DNA from: Acidobacteriota bacterium
GTDB taxonomy: Bacteria; Acidobacteriota; UBA890; WLXD01
Assembly (NCBI GenBank): GCA_965205505.1
Contig: CBDBHB010000008.1
Span: forward strand, 32,001-96,000
DNA length: 64,000 bases
Direction: 5' to 3'
Shown: positions 49,425 through 59,246 of the stretch, one piece after another
Numbering within the stretch: position 1 is the first letter of the stretch
Layout of the letters: every line of letters starts with the position of its first letter
Translations under genes and position numbers: made by a program
The notes under the pieces: generated by a model
Database searches by the model: none
What the model saw: only the letters and a program-made list of their open reading frames with translations
Told to the model about the DNA's origin: nothing

Positions 49425-50765
49425 TTAATCCGCGTTCCTGCGCACAACGGCGGTCAGGCGCTCGACCGCCGACATGGCCTCTGTTCCCGATACCAACGCC
49501 AGCAGATCGAAGGTGCCGTCGTCATCGGGCAACAAGATGCGCAACCCGACCACGGCTTGCACGGGTCGATAGAGAAGGTGCTCCGGTGGAGGATCGTCGA
49601 GCGCCGGCCGCGGAGCATCGGCCGCTGCTCCGATCAGCTCGAGCACTCGGTAGCAGGCCTCCACCAACATGCTTCGGCGTACCTGCATCTGAGGGAAGAA
49701 GTCATTGTTCTGGTAAACGTCGAGGACACCCCAGGACACCATGCGCTGCACGAATGGGGTCGACCAGCGTGCTCCGACATCCGCAACGATCACGCCGCGG
49801 CGCTCTTCGGCGCGACCCTCGAGCATTTGCAGATTGATGGCGAGCAGTGCCGCGAGCTCCTCGCGGGTAATCACTGACTTGGTCGCCAGTTCTCGGTATT
49901 CAGCCGGCAGTGAATCCCGTTCGTACAGGTCACGAGCTTCTCGCGCCAGATCCGCAATACGCGGATCGTCGGGGAGCGCATCGGCCAGCCGTTGGAAAAC
50001 ATTGTTCGAGTCGGCGTACCGTTGCGCGCTGCGATAGAGCATGCCGAGTCGTCCCAGGATCAACGGGCCGTCGCCGGTGCGTCGGCGGGCATCGCTGAGG
50101 ACCCGAATCGCCGCCTCGATATCGCCGCGCTCTTCCCGTAGCGCGGCGATGCGCAGGTACGGCCCCTCCAGCTCCGGGGCAGCAGCAATGGCCTCCTCAT
50201 AGGCAGCTACGGCAACCTCGGCATCGCCGCTGTTGGCGGCCATCTCGGCACGCATGAGCAGTGGTCCCACGTCACCAAGCCTGAGCTGTCGCAGCTCCAG
50301 AACGGCACGCGTCAACCCAGCATCCGCCTCCAGCGCAGTTTCGAACCAGCCTCGCGCCAGTTCTGGGCGCTGCTGCAGCACCGCGACCAGACCCATCCCG
50401 TATGCCGCCTCGGCCAACGGTTGTCCCGACCCGAGCGCCAGTCCAAAGGCATCGCGCGCAGCCGCAAGATTTCCCTGTCGCAACGCCGAAAATCCGGCCA
50501 CTGTCCTGCCGATCGAGCTCGCCGCTTCTTCGGAAGTGAGTCCCGCCAGCGCGCCGCCCGGCGTTACATCGCGCACGGCGTCCCATGCCTCGCTCAGCGA
50601 GACGGAGACAGCGGCAGGAGGCGGCGGTACTCGTGCCGGATCGAGCACGACGGCGGTGCTCGGCCGCAACTCTGGCGCCACCGTCGTGGCGGCACAGCCG
50701 CCCAGCACGACGAGCGCCCAAATAGCCACAGCTCTAAATCGCCTACCTGCGTTCATCGCGTCCAT
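49425..50765 (-). CDS. TPR lipoprotein with C-terminal SLH-like region
   Basis: Lipobox VLGGC, TPR-like helices, ITREELAAL / DV...W....V..MV..G....Y....F.P; start chosen at ATG 50765. Confidence 0.75.
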   Translation of the reverse strand: MDAMNAGRRFRAVAIWALVVLGGCAATTVAPELRPSTAVVLDPARVPPPPAAVSVSLSEAWDAVRDVTPGGALAGLTSEEAASSIGRTVAGFSALRQGNLAAARDAFGLALGSGQPLAEAAYGMGLVAVLQQRPELARGWFETALEADAGLTRAVLELRQLRLGDVGPLLMRAEMAANSGDAEVAVAAYEEAIAAAPELEGPYLRIAALREERGDIEAAIRVLSDARRRTGDGPLILGRLGMLYRSAQRYADSNNVFQRLADALPDDPRIADLAREARDLYERDSLPAEYRELATKSVITREELAALLAINLQMLEGRAEERRGVIVADVGARWSTPFVQRMVSWGVLDVYQNNDFFPQMQVRRSMLVEACYRVLELIGAAADAPRPALDDPPPEHLLYRPVQAVVGLRILLPDDDGTFDLLALVSGTEAMSAVERLTAVVRRNAD

Positions 50766-51792
50766 TGTGACTCTCGGGTCGCGACGCGGCAACATCGTGT
50801 CGGCCGGCAGTCCGCGCCTTGTCGGTAAGCAACTCGCGCGCCAGACGAACAGCGCGCTGACGCTCCATCTCGCCGCCAGGATCCTCGCCGGACTGATGCT
50901 CCAGCCAGCAAATCTGCGGCCAGCGCCGGTACCAGGCGAGCTGACGCTTGGCGTAACGGCGTGTGGCACGCACGATCTCGTCCCGAGCCGCGCCAAGGTC
51001 GAGCTCGCCAACACAAACGCGCGCCAGCTGGCGGTAGCCGATGGCCTGCAGGGCGTGCGCCTCGGCCGGCACACCCGCGGCGAGCAGTCCGTCGACCTCA
51101 TCGACCCAGCCGCTGGCGAGCATCTCGTCTACGCGGCGCTCGATGCGCTCGTACAGGAGAGGGCGCGGCCAGGTGACGCCGAGCCAAACCGCGTCGGGTG
51201 CACATGGCCCGGTACCGGTACTGGCCTCTGCTAACTCGCTCATCCGGAGGCCGGTGCGAAAGATCACCTCCAACGCACGGAAGATCCTCTGTGCATCGCG
51301 ACTACCGAGCCTCGCCGCACAGTCAGGGTCGAGGCGGCGCAACGCGGCGTGCAGCGTCTCGATGCCGTAGCGTTCGCGGAGTCTGCTCAATGTCTCGCGC
51401 CACGCCGCATCGCTCGGCGGAGCCTCGTCGAGCCCCTCGACAACCGCCTGCACATAGAATCCGCTGCCGCCCACCAAGATCGGTTGCTTGCCTCGCGCCC
51501 GGACTTGGTTGATAGCCTGCCACGCGATCGCCGCGTAAGCGCCCGCCGAACAACGTTGCACTGGATCCAGGTAGTCAATGCAATGGTAGGCACAGCGTGC
51601 CCGTGTGGAGGCGGTCGGCTTGGCGGTACCGATGTCGAGTCCTCGGTACACCAATAGCGCGTCGGCGGAAACGAGCTCGCCCGTGAGGCTCTCGGCGAGC
51701 TGCTCCGCTATCGTCGACTTGCCAGCCGCGGTCGGCCCGACAACCACGAGCAAGGGTGGTCCGGCGCCGTCGTGCCCCCTGATGGGGCTCAC
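50743..51792 (-). CDS. miaA: tRNA dimethylallyltransferase
   Basis: GPTAAGKS, DIGTAKP, VGGSGFY, QAIGY, TRRYAKRQ. Confidence 0.95.
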   Translation of the reverse strand: MSPIRGHDGAGPPLLVVVGPTAAGKSTIAEQLAESLTGELVSADALLVYRGLDIGTAKPTASTRARCAYHCIDYLDPVQRCSAGAYAAIAWQAINQVRARGKQPILVGGSGFYVQAVVEGLDEAPPSDAAWRETLSRLRERYGIETLHAALRRLDPDCAARLGSRDAQRIFRALEVIFRTGLRMSELAEASTGTGPCAPDAVWLGVTWPRPLLYERIERRVDEMLASGWVDEVDGLLAAGVPAEAHALQAIGYRQLARVCVGELDLGAARDEIVRATRRYAKRQLAWYRRWPQICWLEHQSGEDPGGEMERQRAVRLARELLTDKARTAGRHDVAASRPESHNGRDERR

Positions 51793-52193
51793 TGATCCAG
51801 TGGCACCATGGGCAGTGAGATGCCCTCCGCGCCACCCTTTCGCAGCGCGTCGATCACCCGCACCCAGGTGCCCAAGTCGATTGACCGGTCGGCACGCACG
51901 GTGATCTTGGTCCGATCCTCGTCACTGAGTGCCGCCACTCGTTGTTCGAGCCCGTCGGCGGTCAGCACCTCTCCATCCATGCGAATCTCACCGGAACCGG
52001 ATATCTCGACGACGATCGGAGCAGCTGTCGTGGAAAGTGCGGTACTGGATTCGGGTAACTCCAGGTCCATGCCCGACTGCTCGAGGAACGTCGTGGTCAC
52101 CGCAAAGAAGATCAACAGCAAGAACACCACGTCGATCAGCGGCGACATATCGACGCTGGCGCGGCGCTGCCGCTGCCGTGTCTCGGTCAACAT
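51789..52193 (-). CDS. exbD: Biopolymer transport protein ExbD/TolR
   Basis: MSPLIDVVFLLLIFF.VTTTF, VRAD. Confidence 0.9.
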   Translation of the reverse strand: MLTETRQRQRRASVDMSPLIDVVFLLLIFFAVTTTFLEQSGMDLELPESSTALSTTAAPIVVEISGSGEIRMDGEVLTADGLEQRVAALSDEDRTKITVRADRSIDLGTWVRVIDALRKGGAEGISLPMVPLDQ

Positions 52194-52196
52194 CAG

Positions 52197-52366
52197 TTAG
52201 TGTCCTGTAACAGAGGTTCGTTGCATATTGTGGCGCGCGCGACCGAGGCGGATCCAAGGAGGCCCGACGACGGCGATGCCATGCGTATCGCAGAGGCGGG
52301 CCGACGCCGGAGGCGGCCGGTCGCGCTCCCCACAAACGTCACCGTACTTATGATCAGGAGCACTAG
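52197..52366. mobile_element. MITE-like element related to 36029-36307
   Basis: Right end CACAAACGTCACCGTACTTATGATCAGGAGCACTAG identical to 36272-36307; left end TAGTGTCCTGTAACAG; shared 55-nt hairpin module. Confidence 0.85.
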
Positions 52367-52412
52367 TGGCCCGAGCTGTCTTCGGCGCAGCATCGCCGGC
52401 GAGTCGCGTCGA

Positions 52413-53048
52413 TCACGACAGTTCGTCGCCCGGCGTCTGCTCAGGCCGACGCTCGACGATCAACTTGATCATCGCCAGCGCGAGGCGCTCCATTTCCAAC
52501 ACCATGCCCTCGGCTTTGCCGACGTAATAGTTGTAGCCGGCCAGCGTCGGGATGGCGATTGCCAACCCCGTAGCGGTGGTGATCATCGCTTCGGAAATGC
52601 CCCCCGAAAGGGCGCCAGCCTGTCCCACGCCCTGGAGCGAGATTACCGAGAACACCTGGATCATACCCAACACCGTCCCGAGCAACCCGAGCAACGGCGT
52701 GATGCTGGCGACCGTTCCCAGAACACCTAGGTAGCGCTCGAGCTCCGGAACCTCCTGGCGGCCAGCGTCGCGCACTAGCTCACGAATGAACTCCCGCGGC
52801 TCCGCCCGTGATTGCAGCGCGGGCAAGAGAACGTTGTTCAACGGGCCAGGTCGGCTTGCCGCGTACTCCTCGGCACGGACGAACTCACCCCGATCAATCA
52901 GCGCATGAATATGCGCCACCTCAGCAGGCGGAAGCACCTTGACATCGCGGAGATTCCAGAATCGCTCGGCTATGATGGCCATCGCGAGCACCGAGCAAAT
53001 CCCCAGCGGGATCATTATCGGCCCGCCGCTCCGCAACACCTCGATCAT
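52413..53048 (-). CDS. MotA/TolQ/ExbB proton channel protein
   Basis: PLLGLLGTVLGMI..F, GISEAMITTATGL.IAIP. Confidence 0.92.
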   Translation of the reverse strand: MIEVLRSGGPIMIPLGICSVLAMAIIAERFWNLRDVKVLPPAEVAHIHALIDRGEFVRAEEYAASRPGPLNNVLLPALQSRAEPREFIRELVRDAGRQEVPELERYLGVLGTVASITPLLGLLGTVLGMIQVFSVISLQGVGQAGALSGGISEAMITTATGLAIAIPTLAGYNYYVGKAEGMVLEMERLALAMIKLIVERRPEQTPGDELS

Positions 53049-53082
53049 GCGTTGTTTAAGCTCCGGTCTGACAGCAGGCGCG

Positions 53083-54102
53083 CTAGCGCTTGTCGGGAAA
53101 CGTCACGTCGGCCGTGCCCATGTTGTAGATGAACCCCAAGCGACCGTTGATATCGTCGTACGGATAGTAGTCCGGTATCGGTGGCAGAGGATCCGATAGC
53201 TGTAGCGCGAACTGCGCTCCGGCATCGTAGGCAGGCTGTCCCGAGGGCCAGGTTCGCTCGATAACGATCCGCGCCACCTCGTTGCCGTTGGCGTCGGTCT
53301 GCCGACGGATGGACAGGGCGACGAATGTGGCACCGCTTATCCCGGTACGGATGAGCGGCGGCATATTGGCTCGCCAGTGACCTTCGATACGCCCAATTAT
53401 CTCGTTCAGGTAGGCGCCAAGATCGTAGCCGTGCGTGTCGAATTGAGCTAGTCCTTCCGAACCATCGACACCACCTTGTCGATTCTCGTACACCTGCGGA
53501 TCGACAAACGACTCCAGTCTCGTCAACTGACTTCTCAAGCTGGGCCGCCGAGGTGGAATGGTCACTGTCTCGGCGGCGTCGTCGGTGGTCTCAGCGGGCT
53601 CCTCAACCGGCTCGGTCTCCGCCTCGGCGACCTCGGTATCCGACGCCTCCGGCGCCACCTCGGGCGCATCGGCGACGCGCTCCGGGGCTTCCGGACGCTC
53701 CTCCGGGCGCGCCGGCTGCGGTTCCGGTGCCGGCGGCTGCGGCTCGGCGGCAGGCGTCTCGATTGGTACCGCAGCGGCCCGAAGCACCTGCGCGGCCGTG
53801 TTGCCCTCCGAGAACGGCAGCGGCTGGTCATCACGCGGCGAGGTATCCGCGGCGACGCGATCGATGTCCGAAGCCGCCGAGTTGTCGGGCGGCTCCGGCG
53901 GCGGCTCGCTTTCCGGCGTGTCCACGAAGGTGAACTGGAGCGGCGGCTCTTCCGTCTGGGCAACCGCCGGGCGCGGAAACAGGAGCCCGGGCCACCAAGT
54001 CACCAGGACACCGAGCAGCAGGTGCAGCGCGATAGCCAATACGACCGCGCGTCTGAGGGTAAAACCCCGCTGACGAGCCTGGTGCCGGCTGATATCAGTC
54101 AT
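53083..54102 (-). CDS. TonB/TolA-like energy transducer
   Basis: Single TM with conserved His, Pro/Glu-rich linker, C-terminal SG...YD..A...L....PLPP.P domain; upstream of exbB/exbD. Confidence 0.75.
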   Translation of the reverse strand: MTDISRHQARQRGFTLRRAVVLAIALHLLLGVLVTWWPGLLFPRPAVAQTEEPPLQFTFVDTPESEPPPEPPDNSAASDIDRVAADTSPRDDQPLPFSEGNTAAQVLRAAAVPIETPAAEPQPPAPEPQPARPEERPEAPERVADAPEVAPEASDTEVAEAETEPVEEPAETTDDAAETVTIPPRRPSLRSQLTRLESFVDPQVYENRQGGVDGSEGLAQFDTHGYDLGAYLNEIIGRIEGHWRANMPPLIRTGISGATFVALSIRRQTDANGNEVARIVIERTWPSGQPAYDAGAQFALQLSDPLPPIPDYYPYDDINGRLGFIYNMGTADVTFPDKR

Positions 54103-54271
54103 TTCACCTTGCGCGCTCGCAGGTAACCGCCGGGATGCATGACCGTGACGGGGATCGGGACCGGCATGGCGTCTGCGCGTCCAAACCCCAGGTACCCTTC
54201 AGGTTACGCGCCCTCGCAACCCCTCGAGAATGAGAATAGCACGCCGTTAACGGCGCCAGCACGGCGAACGG

Positions 54272-55072
54272 TCAGCGACGAAGCGTATGGCGCCGATCGC
54301 TGTAGAGCTTCTGGTGACGGACAGCGGCAACCCGTTCGGCCCGGCTCAAAGATCCGATCCGTGGGGTCAGGCCGAGGGCCTTCGCTACCGCTCCCGACAG
54401 CGTGCTGGCGATGGTTCGCCGACTCGGACGTCCGGCAAGCAACTCGTAGAGTCCAACCGACTCGCTCGCCGCGCCCACGCCGGTGCTGCCGAGCGCACTC
54501 CACAGTGCCGGATCGGGCGACCAGAGCGGCAGGGACCCATGTTGCAGCACGCGGCCGGCCACCCGCCGTTGGGCGCTGCCGAGTAGCTTGCGCCCTTCGG
54601 CTGTCACCTCGTGCAGGGCACGGGCGGCGAAACAGGCTCCAGGCTCATCGCGGGATCGGCGTCCACGTGCGCGCTCGAGACAAACATCGGCGCCGAGGAG
54701 CCGTAGCCCAGCCACCATGCCGTCGGAGATCACCTGGTAGGTTGGCAGGACGCCACCGGCAAAGGGGCCTGCCGCGGCCGGGCCGACAAGCGCATAGGTG
54801 AGCTCGCCAGAGTGGAGCACGGCACGTCCGCCCGTACGTCGCCGGACCAAGTCGACACCCAGACGACCGGCAACTCGAGGGTCGAAACCGTCACGCCATC
54901 GTTGCGCGTAGCCAAGCGAGACGGTAGGGCGCGCCCACGAGTACCAGCGCATGCTGTATTCGTGCGCCGAGGAGCCGCCCAGCAGCGCATCGTCGATAGC
55001 CATATTGGCCGCCCCCGAAAGCTCCCCATCGAGCAGTACCCGGAGTGTCGAAGAGTGACGTTCGGAGCTCAT
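54272..55072 (-). CDS. Lipoate-protein ligase family (LipM-like)
   Basis: NMAIDDALL, VRRRTGGRAVLH, KLLGSAQ, QHGS. Confidence 0.9.
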   Translation of the reverse strand: MSSERHSSTLRVLLDGELSGAANMAIDDALLGGSSAHEYSMRWYSWARPTVSLGYAQRWRDGFDPRVAGRLGVDLVRRRTGGRAVLHSGELTYALVGPAAAGPFAGGVLPTYQVISDGMVAGLRLLGADVCLERARGRRSRDEPGACFAARALHEVTAEGRKLLGSAQRRVAGRVLQHGSLPLWSPDPALWSALGSTGVGAASESVGLYELLAGRPSRRTIASTLSGAVAKALGLTPRIGSLSRAERVAAVRHQKLYSDRRHTLRR

Positions 55073-55090
55073 TCCGGCGGGCTCTGGCTG

Positions 55091-56203
55091 TCAGAGAAGC
55101 TCGTCCAGCAGCGTATGGGCGCGCCCCTGCGAAGCAGCCACCGGAGCACAGGTAACGTGCCCCTTGTAGGTGTTGACACCCAGTGCCAGGGCTGGATCGC
55201 GTCGCAGGGCAGCCTCGACGCCGATGTCGACGAGCTTCACCAGGTACGCAGCCGTCACGTTGGTGAGTCCGAAGGTAGACGTACGCGGCACCGCTCCAGG
55301 CATATTGGTTACGCCGTAGTGCAATACCCCATCGACGAGGAAGGTGGGCTCGCGATGCGTCGTGGCGCAGGTTGTCTCGATACAACCGCCCTGGTCAACC
55401 GCCACGTCGACGATGACCGCGCCGTCCTTCATCTTCGACACCACCTCGCGTGAGACAACGTTCGGAGCTGCTGCGCCGGCAATCAGCACCGCGCCCACTA
55501 GTAGATCAGCCCGTACGCACCACGCCTCGACGGTCGTAGTGTGCGACATGATGGTGTTCACGTGGCCACCGAAGACGTCGTCGATGTACTGCAGCGTGCG
55601 AGCGTTGGTGTCGAGGACGGTGACGTGGGCGCCCATCCCGTAGGCGACGCGCGCGGCGTTGCGGCCAACGATGCCGCCGCCAATCACCACCACGTCGGCG
55701 GGATTCACACCGGGCAGGCCTCCCAGTAGCACCCCTCGACCGCCCTGGGCCTTCTCGAGGAAGTGGGCCCCGACCTGTACCGACATGCGTCCGGCGATCT
55801 CGCTCATCGGGACGAGCAGCGGCAGCGAGCCATCCGGAAGCTCAACCGTCTCGTAGGCGATGCTCGTCACCTGGTTTTCAAGCAGCGCATCGGTCAACTC
55901 CGGCAATGGCGCCAGATGTAGGTACGTGTAGAGAACCAGGTCCGGCCGCAGGTAGCCGTACTCTGCCGCCATCGGCTCTTTGACCTTGATGATCAGATCG
56001 GCCTCCGCCCAGACCTCCTGAGCGCTGTCGATCAGGCGCGCACCGGCCGCCGCGTACTGGTCATCAGGAAGCCCACTTCCAATGCCTGCACCAGACTCGA
56101 CGAGCACCTCCGCACCGGCGGCGGCAACCTGTCGAACACCGGCCGGGACCAAGCCGACGCGGTGCTCCTGCGGCTTTATTTCCTTGGGGACGCCGACCTT
56201 CAT
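55091..56203 (-). CDS. ald: Alanine dehydrogenase
   Basis: GVPKEIK..E.RVG, PMSEIAGR, DVAVDQGGC.ET, NMPGAVPRTST. Confidence 0.95.
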   Translation of the reverse strand: MKVGVPKEIKPQEHRVGLVPAGVRQVAAAGAEVLVESGAGIGSGLPDDQYAAAGARLIDSAQEVWAEADLIIKVKEPMAAEYGYLRPDLVLYTYLHLAPLPELTDALLENQVTSIAYETVELPDGSLPLLVPMSEIAGRMSVQVGAHFLEKAQGGRGVLLGGLPGVNPADVVVIGGGIVGRNAARVAYGMGAHVTVLDTNARTLQYIDDVFGGHVNTIMSHTTTVEAWCVRADLLVGAVLIAGAAAPNVVSREVVSKMKDGAVIVDVAVDQGGCIETTCATTHREPTFLVDGVLHYGVTNMPGAVPRTSTFGLTNVTAAYLVKLVDIGVEAALRRDPALALGVNTYKGHVTCAPVAASQGRAHTLLDELL

Positions 56204-56562
56204 TCGGGAGCTTTTCCCCCCGCCCTGTCAGTGGCCCGCATCTCCACGTTGCCTTCGAAGACCGCCCCCTCGGCAAAGACGACCGAGGGCGCGCGGATAT
56301 CGCCGGTGACCTGGCCCGTGGCCCCTACCTCGACCTTCTGTATTCCGCTGGCGTCACCCTCCAGGTAGCCGTCGACCGTGATTCGATCACCACACAACGT
56401 GCCCTTGGCGCGACCACGCTCGCCGATCACCACCTCGCCATCCAGGGTCACCGTACCGGTGACGCTGCCATGACACTCGAGCGACCCGCTGCCCCGAATG
56501 TCCCCGTCGAAAACACAACCCGGGCCCAGGTAGGAGCGCGTTCTATTCGCTTTGTCCGACAT
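56200..56562 (-). CDS. Bactofilin (polymer-forming cytoskeletal protein)
   Basis: Gly-rich beta-helix repeats, GQVTGDI.AP.V..AEGA.FEG. Confidence 0.85.
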   Translation of the reverse strand: MSDKANRTRSYLGPGCVFDGDIRGSGSLECHGSVTGTVTLDGEVVIGERGRAKGTLCGDRITVDGYLEGDASGIQKVEVGATGQVTGDIRAPSVVFAEGAVFEGNVEMRATDRAGGKAPE

Positions 56563-56610
56563 AAGTGTCCTCGGTAGTTTGGGCAGTATCTGTTCGCCAC
56601 CGACGTCAAG

Positions 56611-56683
56611 AGCGGGTAACGGGGCTCGAACCCGTGGCCTTCGGCTTGGGAAGCCGACGCTCTACCAACTGAGCTATACCCGC
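56611..56683 (-). tRNA. tRNA-Gly(CCC)
   Basis: GCGGGTATAGCTCAGTTGGTAGAGCGTCGGCTTCCCAAGCCGA...GGTTCGAGCCC. Confidence 0.95.
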
Positions 56684-56783
56684 GTCGCGGCCTCGATACC
56701 GACGCCGCCCGACGATGACTGTAGCAACGCCGCGCCAACAGGGTCAACGATACGCGGTACCCGCGGGCGAGCGCCGGCGGCCT

Positions 56784-57950
56784 TCAAAAGGCCGACAGCC
56801 CGGTGAGCGCCTGGCCAATGATCAGGGTATGCACTTGATGCGTTCCCTCATAGGTGTACACGGTCTCCAAGTTAACCAGATGGCGGAACACCTGGTACTC
56901 GTCGAGGATACCGTTGCCACCCAGAATCTCGCGGCAGCGGCGGGCGGTCTCTAGCGCCATGCGCACATTGTTGCGCTTGGCCATCGAGATCTGCGCCGGC
57001 TTCGCCTTGCCGGCATCCTTGAGCTGGCCTAAGCGCCAACACAGCATCTGCGCCTTGGTGATCTCAGACGCCATCTCGGCGAGCAACTCTTGGATCAGCT
57101 GTTTCGAGGCAATCGGCGCGTCGAATACGATGCGATTGCCGGCGTAGCGCAGGGCCTCGTCGAGACACGCCTGCGCCGCGCCGATACTGCCCCAGGCAAT
57201 CCCGTAGCGCGCCTGGCTGAGGCACATGAGCGGCGACTTGAGACCGCCGCTGCCAGGTAAGACAGCGTCCGCCGGTACCCGCACGTCGTCGAGCACGAGC
57301 TCGGCGGTGTCGGAGGCTCGCAGCGAGTACTTGCCCTTCACGTGGAGCGCCTGGAAGCCCGGCGTGTCAGTGGGCACGATGAACCCGCGAATGCCGTCAT
57401 CTGTCACAGCCCAGACGATCGCGATATGTGCCATTGTGCCGTTGGTGATCCACATCTTGACGCCGTTGAGCACCCAGTCGTCGCCGTCGCGTACCGCCCG
57501 CGTGCGCATGGCACCGGGATCGGATCCGGCATCGGGCTCGGTGAGACCGAAGCAGCCGATCACCTTCGCCGTAGCCATGTCGGGCAGCCAGCGCCGGCGC
57601 TGCTCCTCGGAGCCGAACTCGAAGATCGGATACATACACAACGCGCCCTGCACCGAGACGAACGATCTGATCCCTGAATCGCCGCGCTCCAGTTCCTGCA
57701 TGATGAGACCGTACGTGCTGCTCTCGAGACCGGCGCAGCCATACTCCTCGGGAAGGTTGGCTCCCAGCAGGTCGAGCTCCGCGAGAGGCCCGATCAGCTC
57801 GGTCGGGAACTCCCCTCTTGCCTGATGCTCCTCGATGATCGGCAGGCAACGGTCCGATATGAACCGCCGGACGGTGTCGCGAATGAGCCTCTGCTCGTCC
57901 GAGAGAAGCTCATCTAGGGCGTAGAAATCGAGCGCTTCGAACTCGGACAT
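56784..57950 (-). CDS. Glutaryl-CoA dehydrogenase-like acyl-CoA dehydrogenase
   Basis: ELERGDSG.RS..SVQ, GCFGLTEPDAGSDP, YTYEGT. Confidence 0.88.
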   Translation of the reverse strand: MSEFEALDFYALDELLSDEQRLIRDTVRRFISDRCLPIIEEHQARGEFPTELIGPLAELDLLGANLPEEYGCAGLESSTYGLIMQELERGDSGIRSFVSVQGALCMYPIFEFGSEEQRRRWLPDMATAKVIGCFGLTEPDAGSDPGAMRTRAVRDGDDWVLNGVKMWITNGTMAHIAIVWAVTDDGIRGFIVPTDTPGFQALHVKGKYSLRASDTAELVLDDVRVPADAVLPGSGGLKSPLMCLSQARYGIAWGSIGAAQACLDEALRYAGNRIVFDAPIASKQLIQELLAEMASEITKAQMLCWRLGQLKDAGKAKPAQISMAKRNNVRMALETARRCREILGGNGILDEYQVFRHLVNLETVYTYEGTHQVHTLIIGQALTGLSAF

Positions 57951-58087
57951 GGGGCCCCAACCTCGCGGAGGGCATTGCGGCGGCTGACTATGCATCAACG
58001 GACGTCGGCCAATGAGGCTACCACGCGACTCGCACGGTGGTTCAGCGCCGTCTTTTGCGCCCCGAATGGGCGTGGCATGCTCCCAGG

Positions 58088-59245
58088 ATGGAGAGTCGCC
58101 GCGTGTATCTGGACTACAACGCCACCGCGCCACTGGCCCCCGAGGTCAGGGCCGTCATGGAGCCGTGGCTCGCCGACACCGCTGCCAATCCATCGAGCAT
58201 CCACCGCGACGGCCAGCGAGCGCGCGCCGCCGTGGAGGCCGCCCGGCAGCAGGTTCTGAAGCTATGTGGAGGCCACGATTTGGTGTTCGCCAGTGGCGGG
58301 ACGGAGGCCGACAATCTGGCCCTGAACGGGTTGTTGGGTTGGCCGCCTCGCGGTCATCTAGTGGTCTCGGCTATCGAGCACCCTGCCGTGCTGGAGCCCG
58401 CCGACGCGCTCGCCGCGTTCGGAGTCGAGACCACCCGGGTGCCGGTCGATGTTGAAGGACGCGTTGATCCGAACGCGGTTGCCGCAGCGCTGCGCGACGA
58501 TACCGTTCTCGTATCGATCATGGCGGCCAATAATGAAACCGGCACCATCCAGCCAGTGCGCGAGGTTGCTTCCATGGCGCGACGCCGCGGCATCCACGCG
58601 CATTGCGATGCCGTGCAGGCCGCTGCCTGGCTAGATCTGGATGATCTCCTGGGAGACGTCGACATGGTGAGCTTGTCTGGCCACAAGATCGGTGGACCGC
58701 CGGGCATCGGCGCCCTGGTGCTGCGCCGACCCTTGGATCTCACCCCGATGCTGCGCGGCGGCGGGCAGCAGCGGGGAAGGCGCGGCGGCACTGAGCCCAC
58801 TGCCCTGATCGCCGGCTTTGGTGCCGCCTGTAATCGCGCTCGGACGCGTTCTCGAGTCGAAGCGGAGCGTGTTGGCGGCTTGGCCAGCAAGCTCACTGCC
58901 CAGATCGTCGACTTGGCGCCGGACGTGCACGTGACCGTACCCGCTGCGCCACGATTACCGAACACGGTCCACCTGTGCTTCGCCGAGTGCCCGGGCGACC
59001 TGTTGGTAGCATGCCTGGACATGGAGAATATCGCGGCGTCTGCCGGCTCGGCGTGCGCCAGCGGTGTGGCGCATGCTTCACATGTGCTGGAGGCGCTCGG
59101 ATTGCCTAGGCGTTATCAGACCGGAGCGCTACGGCTGTCCCTGGGCTACGGTACCGATCATGAGCAAACTGCAGGGCTCGCGGAGCGCATCGTCCGGTGT
59201 GTTGTGGCCGCGACCGAGGGCAGCTTGCCCGCGGTGAGAGCCTGA
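58088..59245 (+). CDS. iscS: Cysteine desulfurase (IscS-type)
   Basis: YLDYNAT, SGGTEADN, SGHK, SAGSACASG; directly upstream of mnmA. Confidence 0.85.
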   Translation: MESRRVYLDYNATAPLAPEVRAVMEPWLADTAANPSSIHRDGQRARAAVEAARQQVLKLCGGHDLVFASGGTEADNLALNGLLGWPPRGHLVVSAIEHPAVLEPADALAAFGVETTRVPVDVEGRVDPNAVAAALRDDTVLVSIMAANNETGTIQPVREVASMARRRGIHAHCDAVQAAAWLDLDDLLGDVDMVSLSGHKIGGPPGIGALVLRRPLDLTPMLRGGGQQRGRRGGTEPTALIAGFGAACNRARTRSRVEAERVGGLASKLTAQIVDLAPDVHVTVPAAPRLPNTVHLCFAECPGDLLVACLDMENIAASAGSACASGVAHASHVLEALGLPRRYQTGALRLSLGYGTDHEQTAGLAERIVRCVVAATEGSLPAVRA

Positions 59246-59246
59246 G

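Noticed and set aside
23510-57950. Lysine/ketone-body catabolic cluster (ALDH7, acetoacetate-CoA ligase, thiolase, hbd, glutaryl-CoA DH)
   Set aside because: The genes are scattered across different operons over 35 kb; these are ordinary enzymes with no evidence of a single unit
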